Source: a virus
DNA length: 64,000 nt
IMG/VR virus record: IMGVR_UViG_3300035703_000044
Coordinates: 29,765-93,764 of that record
Reading direction: 5' to 3' (one strand)
A program made the position numbers and the translations under genes. A model generated the notes under the pieces. It saw only the letters and a program-made list of their open reading frames with translations, was not told the origin of the DNA and made no database searches. Positions within the stretch are counted from its first letter, which is position 1; the number at the start of each line of letters is the position of its first letter. This document shows, in pieces, positions 50,015 through 60,066 of the stretch.

Positions 50015-50036
50015 AAAAAATAATTTCTATATAAAC

Positions 50037-50133
50037 AACGTTCATCGGAGTAATCCGACGCAAGTAGGACGGCGGAACGGATCGTTCATTCGTTATTCGG
50101 AAATAACGAACGCAAACCGCCCAAAGGAACGGG
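50037..50133 (+). promoter_or_regulatory. Tandem glutamine riboswitch (glnA/Downstream-peptide class)
   Basis: Two CGTTCA-[hairpin]-CGCAA...GGAACG units upstream of a YRGV peptide. Confidence 0.8.
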
Positions 50134-50163
50134 AAATAAAAATCTCATTCTGGAGGAAACCCA

Positions 50164-50295
50164 ATGACTAAAGTAGTATATCGTGGTGTAGAATATGACA
50201 CCGAAGTTCGTCGCCAACAACAGGCACAACAACAACCACAACAATACAATGAAACTTATCGTGGTGTTAAGTTTGTAAAAGAGGGACACAAATGA
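50164..50295 (+). CDS. DUF4278-like peptide (43 aa, not in track)
   Basis: GGAGG RBS; MTKVVYRGVEYD...TYRGVKFVK. Confidence 0.8.
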   Translation: MTKVVYRGVEYDTEVRRQQQAQQQPQQYNETYRGVKFVKEGHK

Positions 50296-50390
50296 AAAAA
50301 CTCAACGTACTTCAACTCATTAAAGAAAAGAAACAAAAAGAGGATCGTCGTCATAAGGCATCTCTTGCATCTCTGATGACATCAAAATAA
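50292..50390 (+). CDS. Small basic peptide (32 aa, not in track)
   Basis: ATGA-coupled, GAGGG RBS; terminator 50394-50421 follows. Confidence 0.55.
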   Translation: MKKLNVLQLIKEKKQKEDRRHKASLASLMTSK

Positions 50391-50453
50391 TTTAGAGGGG
50401 CCTTGACACCCCTCTTTTTTTACTTATAATTACCTTTGTGGAGGTTCAATGAG

Positions 50454-50624
50454 ATGGACAAAGAAAAGCTTAAGCTAATTATTAGGAATCTGGAATCTCT
50501 AGTTGATTGTTTAAAATCAGAAGTTTATTCTGATACTGATTCCTACCTAAACTATGAGGATGTTGCTCCTCACCTTTCCGACTACGATGAAATCTTTGAA
50601 GACGATGATGGATACCCAGACTGA
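50454..50624 (+). CDS. Hypothetical protein
   Basis: MDKEKLKLIIRNLE..V..LKSEVYSD; GGAGG upstream. Confidence 0.6.
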   Translation: MDKEKLKLIIRNLESLVDCLKSEVYSDTDSYLNYEDVAPHLSDYDEIFEDDDGYPD

Positions 50625-51324
50625 TTTTGAGTTTATGAAACCAGAAGTAAAACTCATTAGTGTTACTCCTGATGCTGAGAAACACATGGCATATTGTGCT
50701 CGTGTAAGCAATCCTGCAAATCAAGAGAATGAAAAGTTTTCTGGACTTCTTAAGTATTGTATTCAACATCAACACTGGTCAATTTTTGAACAGGCCAGTA
50801 TGACTGTGGAGATCAATACAACAAGAGGTATTGCAGCCCAGATCTTGCGTCATAGGAGTTTTACATATCAAGAGTTTTCTCAACGATATGCTGATACGAA
50901 TCTCTTAGGTAAGACGATTCCTCTCCCAGAACTACGTCGTCAGGATACTAAGAATCGTCAGAATAGTATCGATGATATTCCTGATTCTTTGAAACTGACT
51001 CTGACAGAAGATATTCGCATTCATTTTGAACAGGCCCTACGACTCTATGATCGTCTTCTAGAGAAAGGTGTCGCAAAGGAGTGTGCAAGGTTTGTACTCC
51101 CCTTGGCGACCCCTACAAGACTCTATATGACGGGTTCTGTAAGGTCTTGGATCCATTACATTGATCTTCGTTCTGCACATGGTACACAGAAGGAACATAT
51201 GGAAATTGCAGAACTAGTACGTTGCATCTTTACGTGTCAGTTCCCTGCAGTATCAGAAGCACTTGGTTGGACTCGTGAAGGATGTTCCGAGTGTTCTGAT
51301 GCACCTTCTATTACTATCGAATAA
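50608..51324 (+). CDS. thyX: Flavin-dependent thymidylate synthase
   Basis: RHRSFTYQEFSQRY, ARFVLP. Confidence 0.95.
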   Translation: MDTQTDFEFMKPEVKLISVTPDAEKHMAYCARVSNPANQENEKFSGLLKYCIQHQHWSIFEQASMTVEINTTRGIAAQILRHRSFTYQEFSQRYADTNLLGKTIPLPELRRQDTKNRQNSIDDIPDSLKLTLTEDIRIHFEQALRLYDRLLEKGVAKECARFVLPLATPTRLYMTGSVRSWIHYIDLRSAHGTQKEHMEIAELVRCIFTCQFPAVSEALGWTREGCSECSDAPSITIE

Positions 51325-51349
51325 ATATCCCTATACATTATTCTTAACA

Positions 51350-51598
51350 ATGCCAGTATATCCAGTTAAAAATTTAAAGACAGGTGATACACAAGAACTT
51401 GTCATGTCAGTTGCTGACTATGAACAATGGAGAAAAGATAATCCAGATTGGGACAAAGATTGGTCTCAAGGATGTGCAGGAGTCGGTGAGATTGGTGAGT
51501 GGCAAGAGAAACTCGTAAAGAAAAATCCAGGATGGAATGAAGTTCTTCGAAGAACTTCAAAAATGCCTGGAGCAACTGTAAAACCTTTTAAAATTTAA
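51350..51598 (+). CDS. Conserved T4-like small protein (FmdB-like)
   Basis: MPVYPV...GW.EVL; AATAAATA upstream. Confidence 0.55.
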   Translation: MPVYPVKNLKTGDTQELVMSVADYEQWRKDNPDWDKDWSQGCAGVGEIGEWQEKLVKKNPGWNEVLRRTSKMPGATVKPFKI

Positions 51599-51601
51599 TA
51601 T

Positions 51602-52351
51602 ATGGCACGTAAAAGAGCACCGAATCCTGTACCATTTGGAATGAGCAACAGACAAATGAAACGCAAGAAGCCAATCAATCTTGATATCATGAAGACGATT
51701 GAACCGTTGACAGATAATCAAGAGGCATTATTCAAACAATATAAACTTCAACAGAATATTGTAGCTTACGGTGCTGCTGGTACTGGTAAGACATTCATTA
51801 CTCTCTACAATGCACTGCGTGATGTTCTGGATGAGAAGACGCCTTATGAAAAGATCTATCTTGTAAGATCTCTGGTTGCAACAAGAGAGATTGGTTTCCT
51901 TCCTGGAGATCATGAAGATAAGTCAAGTCTTTATCAGATTCCTTATAAGAACATGGTGAAATACATGTTCGAGATGCCTGATGACTCTGCATTCGAGATG
52001 CTCTATGGAAATCTTAAAACTCAAGGCACTATTAGTTTTTGGAGCACTTCTTTTATTCGGGGAACTACTCTGGATAATGCAATCATTATCGTAGATGAAT
52101 TTCAAAACTTGAACTTCCACGAACTTGATAGTATCATTACTCGTGTTGGTGAGAACTCTAAGATTATGTTCTGTGGTGATGCAACTCAATCTGACCTCGT
52201 GAAGACTAACGAACGTAATGGTATTGTTGACTTCATGAGGATTCTGCGAGTCATGCCTTCAATGTCGATGGTTGAGTTTGGTGTAGAAGATATTGTTCGT
52301 TCTGGACTCTGTAAGGAATATCTGGTTGCTAAGATGGAATTGAATCTCTGA
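51602..52351 (+). CDS. phoH: PhoH-family ATPase
   Basis: GAAGTGKT, IGFLPG, RG.T, DE.QN, GD..Q.D. Confidence 0.95.
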   Translation: MARKRAPNPVPFGMSNRQMKRKKPINLDIMKTIEPLTDNQEALFKQYKLQQNIVAYGAAGTGKTFITLYNALRDVLDEKTPYEKIYLVRSLVATREIGFLPGDHEDKSSLYQIPYKNMVKYMFEMPDDSAFEMLYGNLKTQGTISFWSTSFIRGTTLDNAIIIVDEFQNLNFHELDSIITRVGENSKIMFCGDATQSDLVKTNERNGIVDFMRILRVMPSMSMVEFGVEDIVRSGLCKEYLVAKMELNL

Positions 52352-53028
52352 TGTTTAATCATGTTGAATTGAATCTCCCTCAACTTGAGAGGGAGACTAT
52401 TGATGGAGTCCGTTATTATAAAGTTCCCTCTCTAGAAGAACTTCAAAAGTTTGTTTCCATCACTTCTGTTATTAGTCATTTCAATAAAGAGAAGTTTGCT
52501 TCTTGGAGACAGAGAGTTGGTGATGAAGAGGCAGATCGTGTAACTCGTCGGGCAACTGCTCGTGGAACAGATACTCATACATTAATTGAACAGTATCTTA
52601 GGAACATGGATTGTAACTCCGATGTTCTTCCTATTTCAGAACATCTCTTTCAAGTTGCAGTTCCTGCTCTGGATCGTATAAATAATATCCATGCACTTGA
52701 AGGCTCTCTTTATAGTCAATACTTAGGTATTGCGGGCACTGTTGATTGTATCGCAGAGTTTGATGGAGAACTTTCAATCATCGATTTTAAGACTTCCAAA
52801 CAACCAAAACCACGAGAGTGGATTGATGGATACTTCGTTCAGTGTTGTGCATATGCATGTATGCTTCATGAACTCACTGGACTCTCAGTTAAAAAGTTTG
52901 TGATCATCATGACTTGTGAGAATGGAGAAGTAGAAGTCTATGAAGAATACGATAAGAAAAAATACATAAGATTACTCACACAATACGTCAAGAAATTTGT
53001 TAATGATAAACTTCAACAAGTTTCTTGA
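52351..53028 (+). CDS. PD-(D/E)xK exonuclease
   Basis: SITSV, RGT..H, AG.VD, IIDFKTS. Confidence 0.85.
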   Translation: MFNHVELNLPQLERETIDGVRYYKVPSLEELQKFVSITSVISHFNKEKFASWRQRVGDEEADRVTRRATARGTDTHTLIEQYLRNMDCNSDVLPISEHLFQVAVPALDRINNIHALEGSLYSQYLGIAGTVDCIAEFDGELSIIDFKTSKQPKPREWIDGYFVQCCAYACMLHELTGLSVKKFVIIMTCENGEVEVYEEYDKKKYIRLLTQYVKKFVNDKLQQVS

Positions 53029-53098
53029 CTTTTTATTCCCTTGTGTTAGAATGAATAAAAGTTGAGGAAAAAGATTGTACATCACTGTGTTAGGTCAA

Positions 53099-53356
53099 AT
53101 GGAGAATGAATTAGAAAAAGCACTAGAGAATAAGTTTTTCTGTCCTTCTCGATTTGCCCAAGAGATCGAGAATCTCGTACAACATAATGAAGATATGAAT
53201 TACATCGATGCTATCGTTCACTTCTGTGAGAAGAATAGTATTGATGTTGAATCTGTTCCGAAACTTATTTCAAAACCATTGAAGGAAAAGATCAAGTATG
53301 AAGCCATGGAGTTGAACTTCTTAAAGAAGACTTCTCGGGCCAGATTGGTCTTTTAA
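53099..53356 (+). CDS. gp33: Late promoter transcription coactivator
   Basis: YIDAI..FCE...LKEKIK.EA..LN; synteny. Confidence 0.85.
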   Translation: MENELEKALENKFFCPSRFAQEIENLVQHNEDMNYIDAIVHFCEKNSIDVESVPKLISKPLKEKIKYEAMELNFLKKTSRARLVF

Positions 53357-53411
53357 TTCCATTTTAGTCGGAAAAATTTTCCCGGTAAAAATTCCTATAT
53401 TACTTTTTTGA

Positions 53412-54002
53412 ATGGTGCCTTTTGATATTTATAAGACTTACCTTGCCCTGAAGAATCACTTTACAAAAGATTCTTATGATTATCACAAGTATCAAGGTAA
53501 GAGTCGTGCATCGTTACAATCCTTTTATAAACGAAAGGATAGATACTGGTTTGAGAAGTTATCCAGACAAAAAGAAGACAAAGAAGTTATAGATTTCTTT
53601 GTTGCAAACTTTATCAGTTGCACTGATCCCCAGACAGTATGGATCGGTGAACTGATTAAAGAAGGTGAAACAAGATACAAGTCTTGGCAGAAAAGAATAC
53701 AGTCTCTTTCTTATTTGTTTAAGGAAGAGTCTCAACAACTATTTGAAAATAAATTTGAAGAAGTCTTTGACTGTTCTAAGGGACATCCGCCCCTTTTGAA
53801 AAGTTTCCTGGTCGGGAACATTAGTATAGAAACTCTAGTGATATACGATAAGATATTCCTGTTCGGGAAAAACTTTGACAAGAAACTAAAAGATCCTGTG
53901 TGGGAAACCGTCAGTTTAAAAATAAAAAAGTATGCACCGTTCCTACATATAGATGTATTCCATTACAGAAAAATACTTAAAGAAGTTGTTGGAGGAAAAT
54001 GA
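53412..54002 (+). CDS. gp59: Helicase loader
   Basis: YLALK.HF..YDY.KY, F.KRKD; synteny. Confidence 0.85.
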   Translation: MVPFDIYKTYLALKNHFTKDSYDYHKYQGKSRASLQSFYKRKDRYWFEKLSRQKEDKEVIDFFVANFISCTDPQTVWIGELIKEGETRYKSWQKRIQSLSYLFKEESQQLFENKFEEVFDCSKGHPPLLKSFLVGNISIETLVIYDKIFLFGKNFDKKLKDPVWETVSLKIKKYAPFLHIDVFHYRKILKEVVGGK

Positions 54003-54343
54003 GTTTTTTTGATTCTGAAGTCGTCCGTGCTGAGATGACTGAAATTTCTGATCTTCAGGAAGATATCTACAGAAATGTTTTTGAGTTTCCTCGAATGAAT
54101 CGAGAGGAAAAATTATTTCATGTTGCTCTGTTGGAGAAACTGTTGAACAAACAACAGATTCTTTATACTCGTTTGAAACTTTCTGATGACCCTCAGGCTA
54201 TTCAGATGAAAGAACGAATTAAGGAATCTGCTCAGATGATGGGACTTCCTCCAAACGTTGATATGAATGTTATTTTTAACAATATGACGCAACTTCTTGA
54301 AACCATGAAAGAACGCATTGACAAGACTGGTTCAGACCTGTAA
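53999..54343 (+). CDS. DUF1825-like protein
   Basis: FFDSEVV..E, RLKLSDDP.A. Confidence 0.65.
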   Translation: MSFFDSEVVRAEMTEISDLQEDIYRNVFEFPRMNREEKLFHVALLEKLLNKQQILYTRLKLSDDPQAIQMKERIKESAQMMGLPPNVDMNVIFNNMTQLLETMKERIDKTGSDL

Positions 54344-54391
54344 ACTGATGGGGTACACAAAGGCCAAATCCAAACAATCCGAGGTATACAA

Positions 54392-55327
54392 ATGTCTTTT
54401 GAAAATCTGAAAAAACAATCCAAACTGGGTTCTCTCACTGAGAAACTGGTGAAGGAAGTAGAGAAAATGAACACCGGTTCTGGTGGTGCTGATGAACGTT
54501 TCTGGAAACCAGAAATGGATAAGACTGGTGTTGGTTCCGCAATCATTCGTTTCCTTCCTGCACCTGAAGGTGAAGAACTGCCCTGGGTAAAAATGTACTC
54601 TCATGCATTCCAAGGTCCTGGTGGTTGGTACATTGAGAACTCTCTGACTACTATTGGTCAGAAGGATCCTGTTTCCGAACACAATCGTGAACTGTGGAAC
54701 AGTGGTAGTGAGAAAGATAAGGAGACCGTTCGTAAACAGAAACGCAAACTGTCTTACTACAGCAACATTTATGTTGTAAAGGATCCTGCACATCCCGAGA
54801 ACGAAGGTAAGGTCTTCCTGTTCAAGTTCGGTAAAAAGATCTTTGATAAGATCCTGAATGCAATGCAACCTGAGTTTGAAGATGAAGAACCAATCAACCC
54901 CTTTGACTTCTGGGGTGGTGCTAACTTCCGTCTGAAGATTCGTAAGGTTGAAGGTTACTGGAACTATGATAAGTCTGAGTTTGATTCTTCCTCTGCACTG
55001 ATGGATGATGATGACGCACTGGAAGCACTGTGGAAGAAAGAGTATTCTCTCTCTGCAATCGTTGCTCCTGATCAGTTCAAGTCTTATGAGGATCTTGAGA
55101 AGCGTCTCAAGTATGTTCTAGGTCAAAAGTCTGCTCGTGCAGCAGTCCAAGAACAAGAGGATGATTATGAGTCTTATACACAAACTCCTTCTAAAGAAGA
55201 GAGTGTGATTGCAGAACTCGAAGAGTCCTTTGCTCGTAGTAAGTCTCCATCACTTCCGAAGATTGAAACTCCCGATGAAGATGAGGATGATGCTCTGAGT
55301 TACTTCCAGAGGTTGGCAGAAGACTGA
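54392..55327 (+). CDS. gp32: Single-stranded DNA-binding protein
   Basis: IRFLP, WYIEN, NF.LK, acidic tail. Confidence 0.95.
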   Translation: MSFENLKKQSKLGSLTEKLVKEVEKMNTGSGGADERFWKPEMDKTGVGSAIIRFLPAPEGEELPWVKMYSHAFQGPGGWYIENSLTTIGQKDPVSEHNRELWNSGSEKDKETVRKQKRKLSYYSNIYVVKDPAHPENEGKVFLFKFGKKIFDKILNAMQPEFEDEEPINPFDFWGGANFRLKIRKVEGYWNYDKSEFDSSSALMDDDDALEALWKKEYSLSAIVAPDQFKSYEDLEKRLKYVLGQKSARAAVQEQEDDYESYTQTPSKEESVIAELEESFARSKSPSLPKIETPDEDEDDALSYFQRLAED

Positions 55328-56341
55328 TTACTCAAACAGTCTAATATTGTCTCCCCTCTTCAGGGTAGCACTCACGTATTGAGTGCTACCTTTTTTGTAT
55401 GGCATGATATCATCAATGTCATTAAAGACTACATTGAGATACTCTGGTTTGAGTGCAAAAATGTTTCTCTTGTTATCTTCTATCTCAGATTCATACTGAT
55501 AGTTTGTAACTGCAACAACTATTTCTGTGGAGGGTAACGTCACATAATATCCAAGACCATCATCATAGTACTCATAGTAATATGCGTTACCAACTCCAAG
55601 GTTTCCTTCTACAGTAAACAGAACTTCTTCTGTTCCATTGATTGTTGGATCTGCAACTGCAGGAACAGATGGTAATTCATAAGTAAATACGACAGCGATA
55701 TCATCGAATGGAGCCAAAACTGAAGTTACTACAAATCTACCATTGAATACAGATTCTGATACGTTGTTTATACTTACTTGATCACCAACACTTAATCCTT
55801 GAATACCATTGTTTAGAGTTACCGTAACAGTTGTGGATGCAACTCCAGCACTACCCGCAAAGATTTGACTGATAGATGTCTTAGTTACTTGAATAAAGTT
55901 TCCATTTGTTCTCCATGTATTTGGAGTTTGGAATCCTGCAGGAAGAACAGTAATACCTCTAGAGTTTTTAACTTCTACTGTTTCATAGTGATGAACTCCG
56001 GAGTATAGATTTTCATAAGAACCATACTTATCCAAGAGTATTTGATCGAAGGATGTCTGGGGTAGGGGCCATTCTGTTTGAATGTTGAGAATATTATTTG
56101 ATAAAAGAACAACCCAATCCAATGTTGAATCCTTGTAAAGTTTATATGCAACATTATCTGGTCTTTCGTCACCAATAATCTTATACTTTGTAAAGAAGTT
56201 TAAGTTACCAAAAATATCTGGACGAAGTTTTCCTTTCTTGAAAAGGTTCTTTACTTCAATGTAATTTGAGATGTCAAGATTGTCTGCATTACGATTGACA
56301 TATTCAAAGTTTGGTACTTGTCTGAAGTAAGGTCTTGTCAT
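55328..56341 (-). CDS. gp53: Baseplate wedge protein
   Basis: ERPD.VA..LY...WVVLL.N, HHYET, YE...D.KR. Confidence 0.75.
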   Translation of the reverse strand: MTRPYFRQVPNFEYVNRNADNLDISNYIEVKNLFKKGKLRPDIFGNLNFFTKYKIIGDERPDNVAYKLYKDSTLDWVVLLSNNILNIQTEWPLPQTSFDQILLDKYGSYENLYSGVHHYETVEVKNSRGITVLPAGFQTPNTWRTNGNFIQVTKTSISQIFAGSAGVASTTVTVTLNNGIQGLSVGDQVSINNVSESVFNGRFVVTSVLAPFDDIAVVFTYELPSVPAVADPTINGTEEVLFTVEGNLGVGNAYYYEYYDDGLGYYVTLPSTEIVVAVTNYQYESEIEDNKRNIFALKPEYLNVVFNDIDDIMPYKKGSTQYVSATLKRGDNIRLFE

Positions 56342-56343
56342 TT

Positions 56344-57564
56344 TTAGTAACCCATTCCTTGTGAACCTATAGGAGTATCGTAGTCGTCTGCATAAATTGG
56401 AGTCAATTCAGAAAACTGCATTGATATGGAATATGATGTCATTGATCCATCTTTATAAGTCATGTAACTACCGTCTGGTGTATACTCAACATTTAAGTTT
56501 GTCAGAGCACAAGGTTTTATTTTATTTAAGAATGGGTGTTCTCCACCTTCAGAATAAATGTAACTTAATTTAAAAACATATGGGGTTTGTAAAAATAATC
56601 CAACATCATCTCTTCTCACTGCCATGTGTTTTTTAAAATGTCTTATAATTCTTTTAACTACTGCAGCTTCTTGAGAACTTCTAGGAGTAAATGTGTAGTT
56701 ATAATTGAAAGATCTAAGTTGAGGACCTCTGAATAATAGTTCTAGGTTGGGGTTGATAACTTTTCCAGTAGAACGAGTAAAAATGTTTGCACCAACTGCT
56801 TGTCCTGCAAAATATGATACAATATCACTTGGATCTATTGATAATCCAGCTTGACTTAGACTTGATCTTATACTTTCTAAAGCACCAGACCCTGCAGCAC
56901 CAAAGTTAAATTTTGAAAGATTTTCTATTAAACCAGCACCCAATCTTGCACCAGCTAATTGAAGTGGATTTAGTTGATCAGCACCCCAGTCAACAGAATT
57001 GTTGTCAGAAATTCCTGGTTGCATTGGAAGAGAAATTACAGATCCTATAGATCTACTAAGTCTTTCATCTGGACTTTGTAATTTAAATCCTTGTTGACCT
57101 TCTCCAAGTAAGCTTTCAAACCTTTCCAATTCGTGTGTGGATATCTTTAAGAAATCATAGTTACCATCATTACTTAATGGATATCTTAATGATTGTGGAT
57201 CTGGAGTTGTTAATGATTGATTTGCGTCTCTATCAATTAAGTTTGCTGATGATAATACTTGTGCAGTTTGATCATTAAAAGATACGTTAGCTATTGACCC
57301 ACCTGTTGATTGGTTAATTGTATTCCAGTAATTTGGATTAGATACTAAAGATTGTTTGAAGACATCAGTAGCTCCTAGGAATTCATAATCACCTTTTCCA
57401 AATACATTGACATAGTTAATTGACCCATCTTGATTCAAGTATCCTTGTGCAGCAGCTGCCGCGGTTTCACTTGATGGTATTGGAATTTGTGGAGTTCTTT
57501 GTACCGTAAAATCATCGGTTACAAATGACCCGTTTCCAAGAGAATACGGTCTACTACGTGCCAT
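56344..57564 (-). CDS. gp48: Baseplate tail-tube cap
   Basis: NPN.ELLF.GP.LRSF, F.PRS..EA, V.YTP.G. Confidence 0.75.
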   Translation of the reverse strand: MARSRPYSLGNGSFVTDDFTVQRTPQIPIPSSETAAAAAQGYLNQDGSINYVNVFGKGDYEFLGATDVFKQSLVSNPNYWNTINQSTGGSIANVSFNDQTAQVLSSANLIDRDANQSLTTPDPQSLRYPLSNDGNYDFLKISTHELERFESLLGEGQQGFKLQSPDERLSRSIGSVISLPMQPGISDNNSVDWGADQLNPLQLAGARLGAGLIENLSKFNFGAAGSGALESIRSSLSQAGLSIDPSDIVSYFAGQAVGANIFTRSTGKVINPNLELLFRGPQLRSFNYNYTFTPRSSQEAAVVKRIIRHFKKHMAVRRDDVGLFLQTPYVFKLSYIYSEGGEHPFLNKIKPCALTNLNVEYTPDGSYMTYKDGSMTSYSISMQFSELTPIYADDYDTPIGSQGMGY

Positions 57565-57579
57565 TATAGACTTTTTTAT

Positions 57580-57960
57580 CTATTTAGTCCTGATTTTCCC
57601 ATAAGGTAATGAACGTAGGTAATCAATTTCATTTGGTCTCACCAAGTGAAGTGCTCCTGCAACTTCTTGCCATGTATAGTTTCTCATCATTCTCCAATGA
57701 TAGTTGAAACCTTTGAATCCCCATCGTTGAACCTCTGTTACTGCAACTAATGGATGTTCATCGTAAGTAATCTCTGGAGTTTTTGGTATGTATATAAAGG
57801 TATAATAATTTCCAGGGTCTGGGACATATTCTATCTCCCTAAACACTTCCATAATGCTCATCATAATCAGATCGGCATCTTCGGATCCATCTAACTTTCT
57901 TTTCAGTTGCGATACTCTCGGTGATTGAGTTTGAATATTTTGTCCAAAACCTTTTGACAT
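57580..57960 (-). CDS. gp2-like DNA end protector (short)
   Basis: F.Y.PKT..YD.HPL...G.N.H; adjacent to gp4. Confidence 0.55.
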   Translation of the reverse strand: MSKGFGQNIQTQSPRVSQLKRKLDGSEDADLIMMSIMEVFREIEYVPDPGNYYTFIYIPKTPEITYDEHPLVAVTEVQRWGFKGFNYHWRMMRNYTWQEVAGALHLVRPNEIDYLRSLPYGKIRTK

Positions 57961-58406
57961 TAACCTATACCCAGTTCGTTCTCTGTGATAATACGAAACT
58001 CAAGCATTCTATCTGCACACCATTCTTTTGCAGCTTTCCATTTTGCCTCATTCACCGCATAAGTTTTAACTTCGTTGATGAATGTTCTTATTCTCTTTTT
58101 ACTTGTTTGAACAGGAGGCATTGTTTGTCTCTTTGGTTTAATTTCAATCACATACTTTTTGATCTCACCAGACTGTTCACGAACTTTGATAATGAAGTCT
58201 GGAAAGTATCTTCTGACTCTACTAGTGGTAGGATCAAAATAAGGAATAAAGAACTCTTCTGATCCCCATTCTAAGATGTTCTCATTTAAATCACACCACC
58301 GACAGAAACGACGTTCCCAACTACTACGACAGATGATATTATTGGGGTCACCCTTGTACTTTCTTGGATACTCTGGTTTATAACGACTCTTTATGCTTTC
58401 TGCCAT
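57960..58406 (-). CDS. gp4: Head completion nuclease
   Basis: KY.GD..NI..RS.WE, YFPDF, EIKP; minus-strand TATAAATA at 58430-58437. Confidence 0.9.
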   Translation of the reverse strand: MAESIKSRYKPEYPRKYKGDPNNIICRSSWERRFCRWCDLNENILEWGSEEFFIPYFDPTTSRVRRYFPDFIIKVREQSGEIKKYVIEIKPKRQTMPPVQTSKKRIRTFINEVKTYAVNEAKWKAAKEWCADRMLEFRIITENELGIG

Positions 58407-58438
58407 TATACATAATATATCGGTAGAAGTATTTATAG

Positions 58439-59311
58439 ATGGCAGGTATCCGCCCAGACAGATTATCGGTAAGTGATATCAAATCTAGGTTGTTAAATGT
58501 TGCACACACTTCTTTATATCGTTTAACAATTCCGGTTCCTGCTGGGGTTAGAACCTTTGTAGCTCAAAGAGGAATCAGTACATTAGACATTGATAATATT
58601 TCTTTATTGTGTACAGAAGCAAATCTTCCTGGATCAACTTTAGCAACACATGATGTCACAAACGATTATCATGGTGTGAGTGAGAAGATGGTCTATCGTA
58701 GAATGTATGATGAAACTGCTGACATGACTTTCTATGTGGATAGAGATTATAAAGTTGTTGAATTCTTTGAGAGTTGGATAGATTATATCACTGGAATTGG
58801 AGATACTTTTACAAGAGAAGAATTTAAGAGTCCATACGTTCATCATCGTATGGAGTATGCTGAAAATTACAAGATAAATTTTTATCTCTCAAAGTTTGAA
58901 AAAGATCATCACTTTAATGGATCAAGTAAAACATTAGATTATACTTTTGTTTATGGATTTCCGATTAGCATTACTGCAATGCCTGTTTCTTATGATCAAA
59001 GTCAGGTATTGAAGTGTAATATATCATTCTCATTCATTCGTTATGTAATGCAGAGAAGTGGAACTTCTGATGTTTCAGTTATTAGAAATGCAAATGCTCC
59101 TGGTGTCGGTGAACTTGGACAGTTTGATATTGGAAATGATCCTAGATTTGAAATCCCCGTAACAGAATTCAATACTTCGAAGATAGGTCGAACAATTACA
59201 AATGAATATTATAATAATGGAATCATTAGAGGATTAACTCCAAGTCAACAACGTCAAGGTCCAGGTCAAAGACAACAAGATGCAACGAATTTTACCAGAG
59301 ACATTGCATAA
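58439..59311 (+). CDS. Tail tube-like (gp19/gp54 family) protein
   Basis: LC.EA.LPG, TFYVD, FP..I, F.F.RY. Confidence 0.65.
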   Translation: MAGIRPDRLSVSDIKSRLLNVAHTSLYRLTIPVPAGVRTFVAQRGISTLDIDNISLLCTEANLPGSTLATHDVTNDYHGVSEKMVYRRMYDETADMTFYVDRDYKVVEFFESWIDYITGIGDTFTREEFKSPYVHHRMEYAENYKINFYLSKFEKDHHFNGSSKTLDYTFVYGFPISITAMPVSYDQSQVLKCNISFSFIRYVMQRSGTSDVSVIRNANAPGVGELGQFDIGNDPRFEIPVTEFNTSKIGRTITNEYYNNGIIRGLTPSQQRQGPGQRQQDATNFTRDIA

Positions 59312-59344
59312 TAAATATCATTACTGAAACTTCTATAGGTCATT

Positions 59345-60064
59345 ATGCCTTTACCAACTATTGCAACACCAACTTATGAACTTGAGTTGCCATCTACAGG
59401 AAAACCAATCAAGTACAGACCATTCTTAGTTAAAGAAGAGAAACTATTGGTCTTGGCACTTGAGACGGAAGATACGAAAGAAATTTCAAATGCAATTAAA
59501 GCAGTATTAAAGAATTGTATTCAGACAAAAGGTATTAAAGTAGAGTCACTTCCCACCTTTGATATTGAATACTTGTTCTTGAACATTCGTGGTAAGTCCG
59601 TTGGTGAACAGATTGAAGTTAATCTGATTGCACCTGATGATGGAGAAACATCAGTACCTGTAACGATCAATATTGATGAGATTAAAGTTCAAAAGGCAGA
59701 GGACCATACTAACAAGATTAGACTCGATGATAATCTGATGATGGAAATGAAGTATCCATCACTTGATCAGTTCATCAAGAACAACTTTGATATGTCAGGA
59801 AATGTTGGTATCGATCAGTCTTTTGATTTGATTGCTTCTTGCGTAGATAAGATTTATAGTGAAGAGGAAGTTTGGGTTGCTGCTGATGTAACCAAAAAGG
59901 AATTGGTTGAGTTTTTAGAACAGATGAATTCAATCCAGTTTAAAGAGGTTGAAAAGTTCTTTGAGACAATGCCTAAGTTATCTCATGAGATTACGTTTAC
60001 AAATCCAAAGACAAAAGTAGAAAGTACTGTAGTATTAGAAGGGTTATCAAGTTTTTTCGCATAG
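59345..60064 (+). CDS. gp26: Baseplate hub assembly protein
   Basis: YRPFLVKEEK.L, FD.EYLFL.IR.KSVGE, LEGL.SFF. Confidence 0.85.
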   Translation: MPLPTIATPTYELELPSTGKPIKYRPFLVKEEKLLVLALETEDTKEISNAIKAVLKNCIQTKGIKVESLPTFDIEYLFLNIRGKSVGEQIEVNLIAPDDGETSVPVTINIDEIKVQKAEDHTNKIRLDDNLMMEMKYPSLDQFIKNNFDMSGNVGIDQSFDLIASCVDKIYSEEEVWVAADVTKKELVEFLEQMNSIQFKEVEKFFETMPKLSHEITFTNPKTKVESTVVLEGLSSFFA

Positions 60065-60066
60065 GA

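Noticed and set aside
52351-53028. Cas4/CRISPR association of the exonuclease
   Set aside because: Standard T4-like cyanophage exonuclease next to phoH; no array or other cas genes
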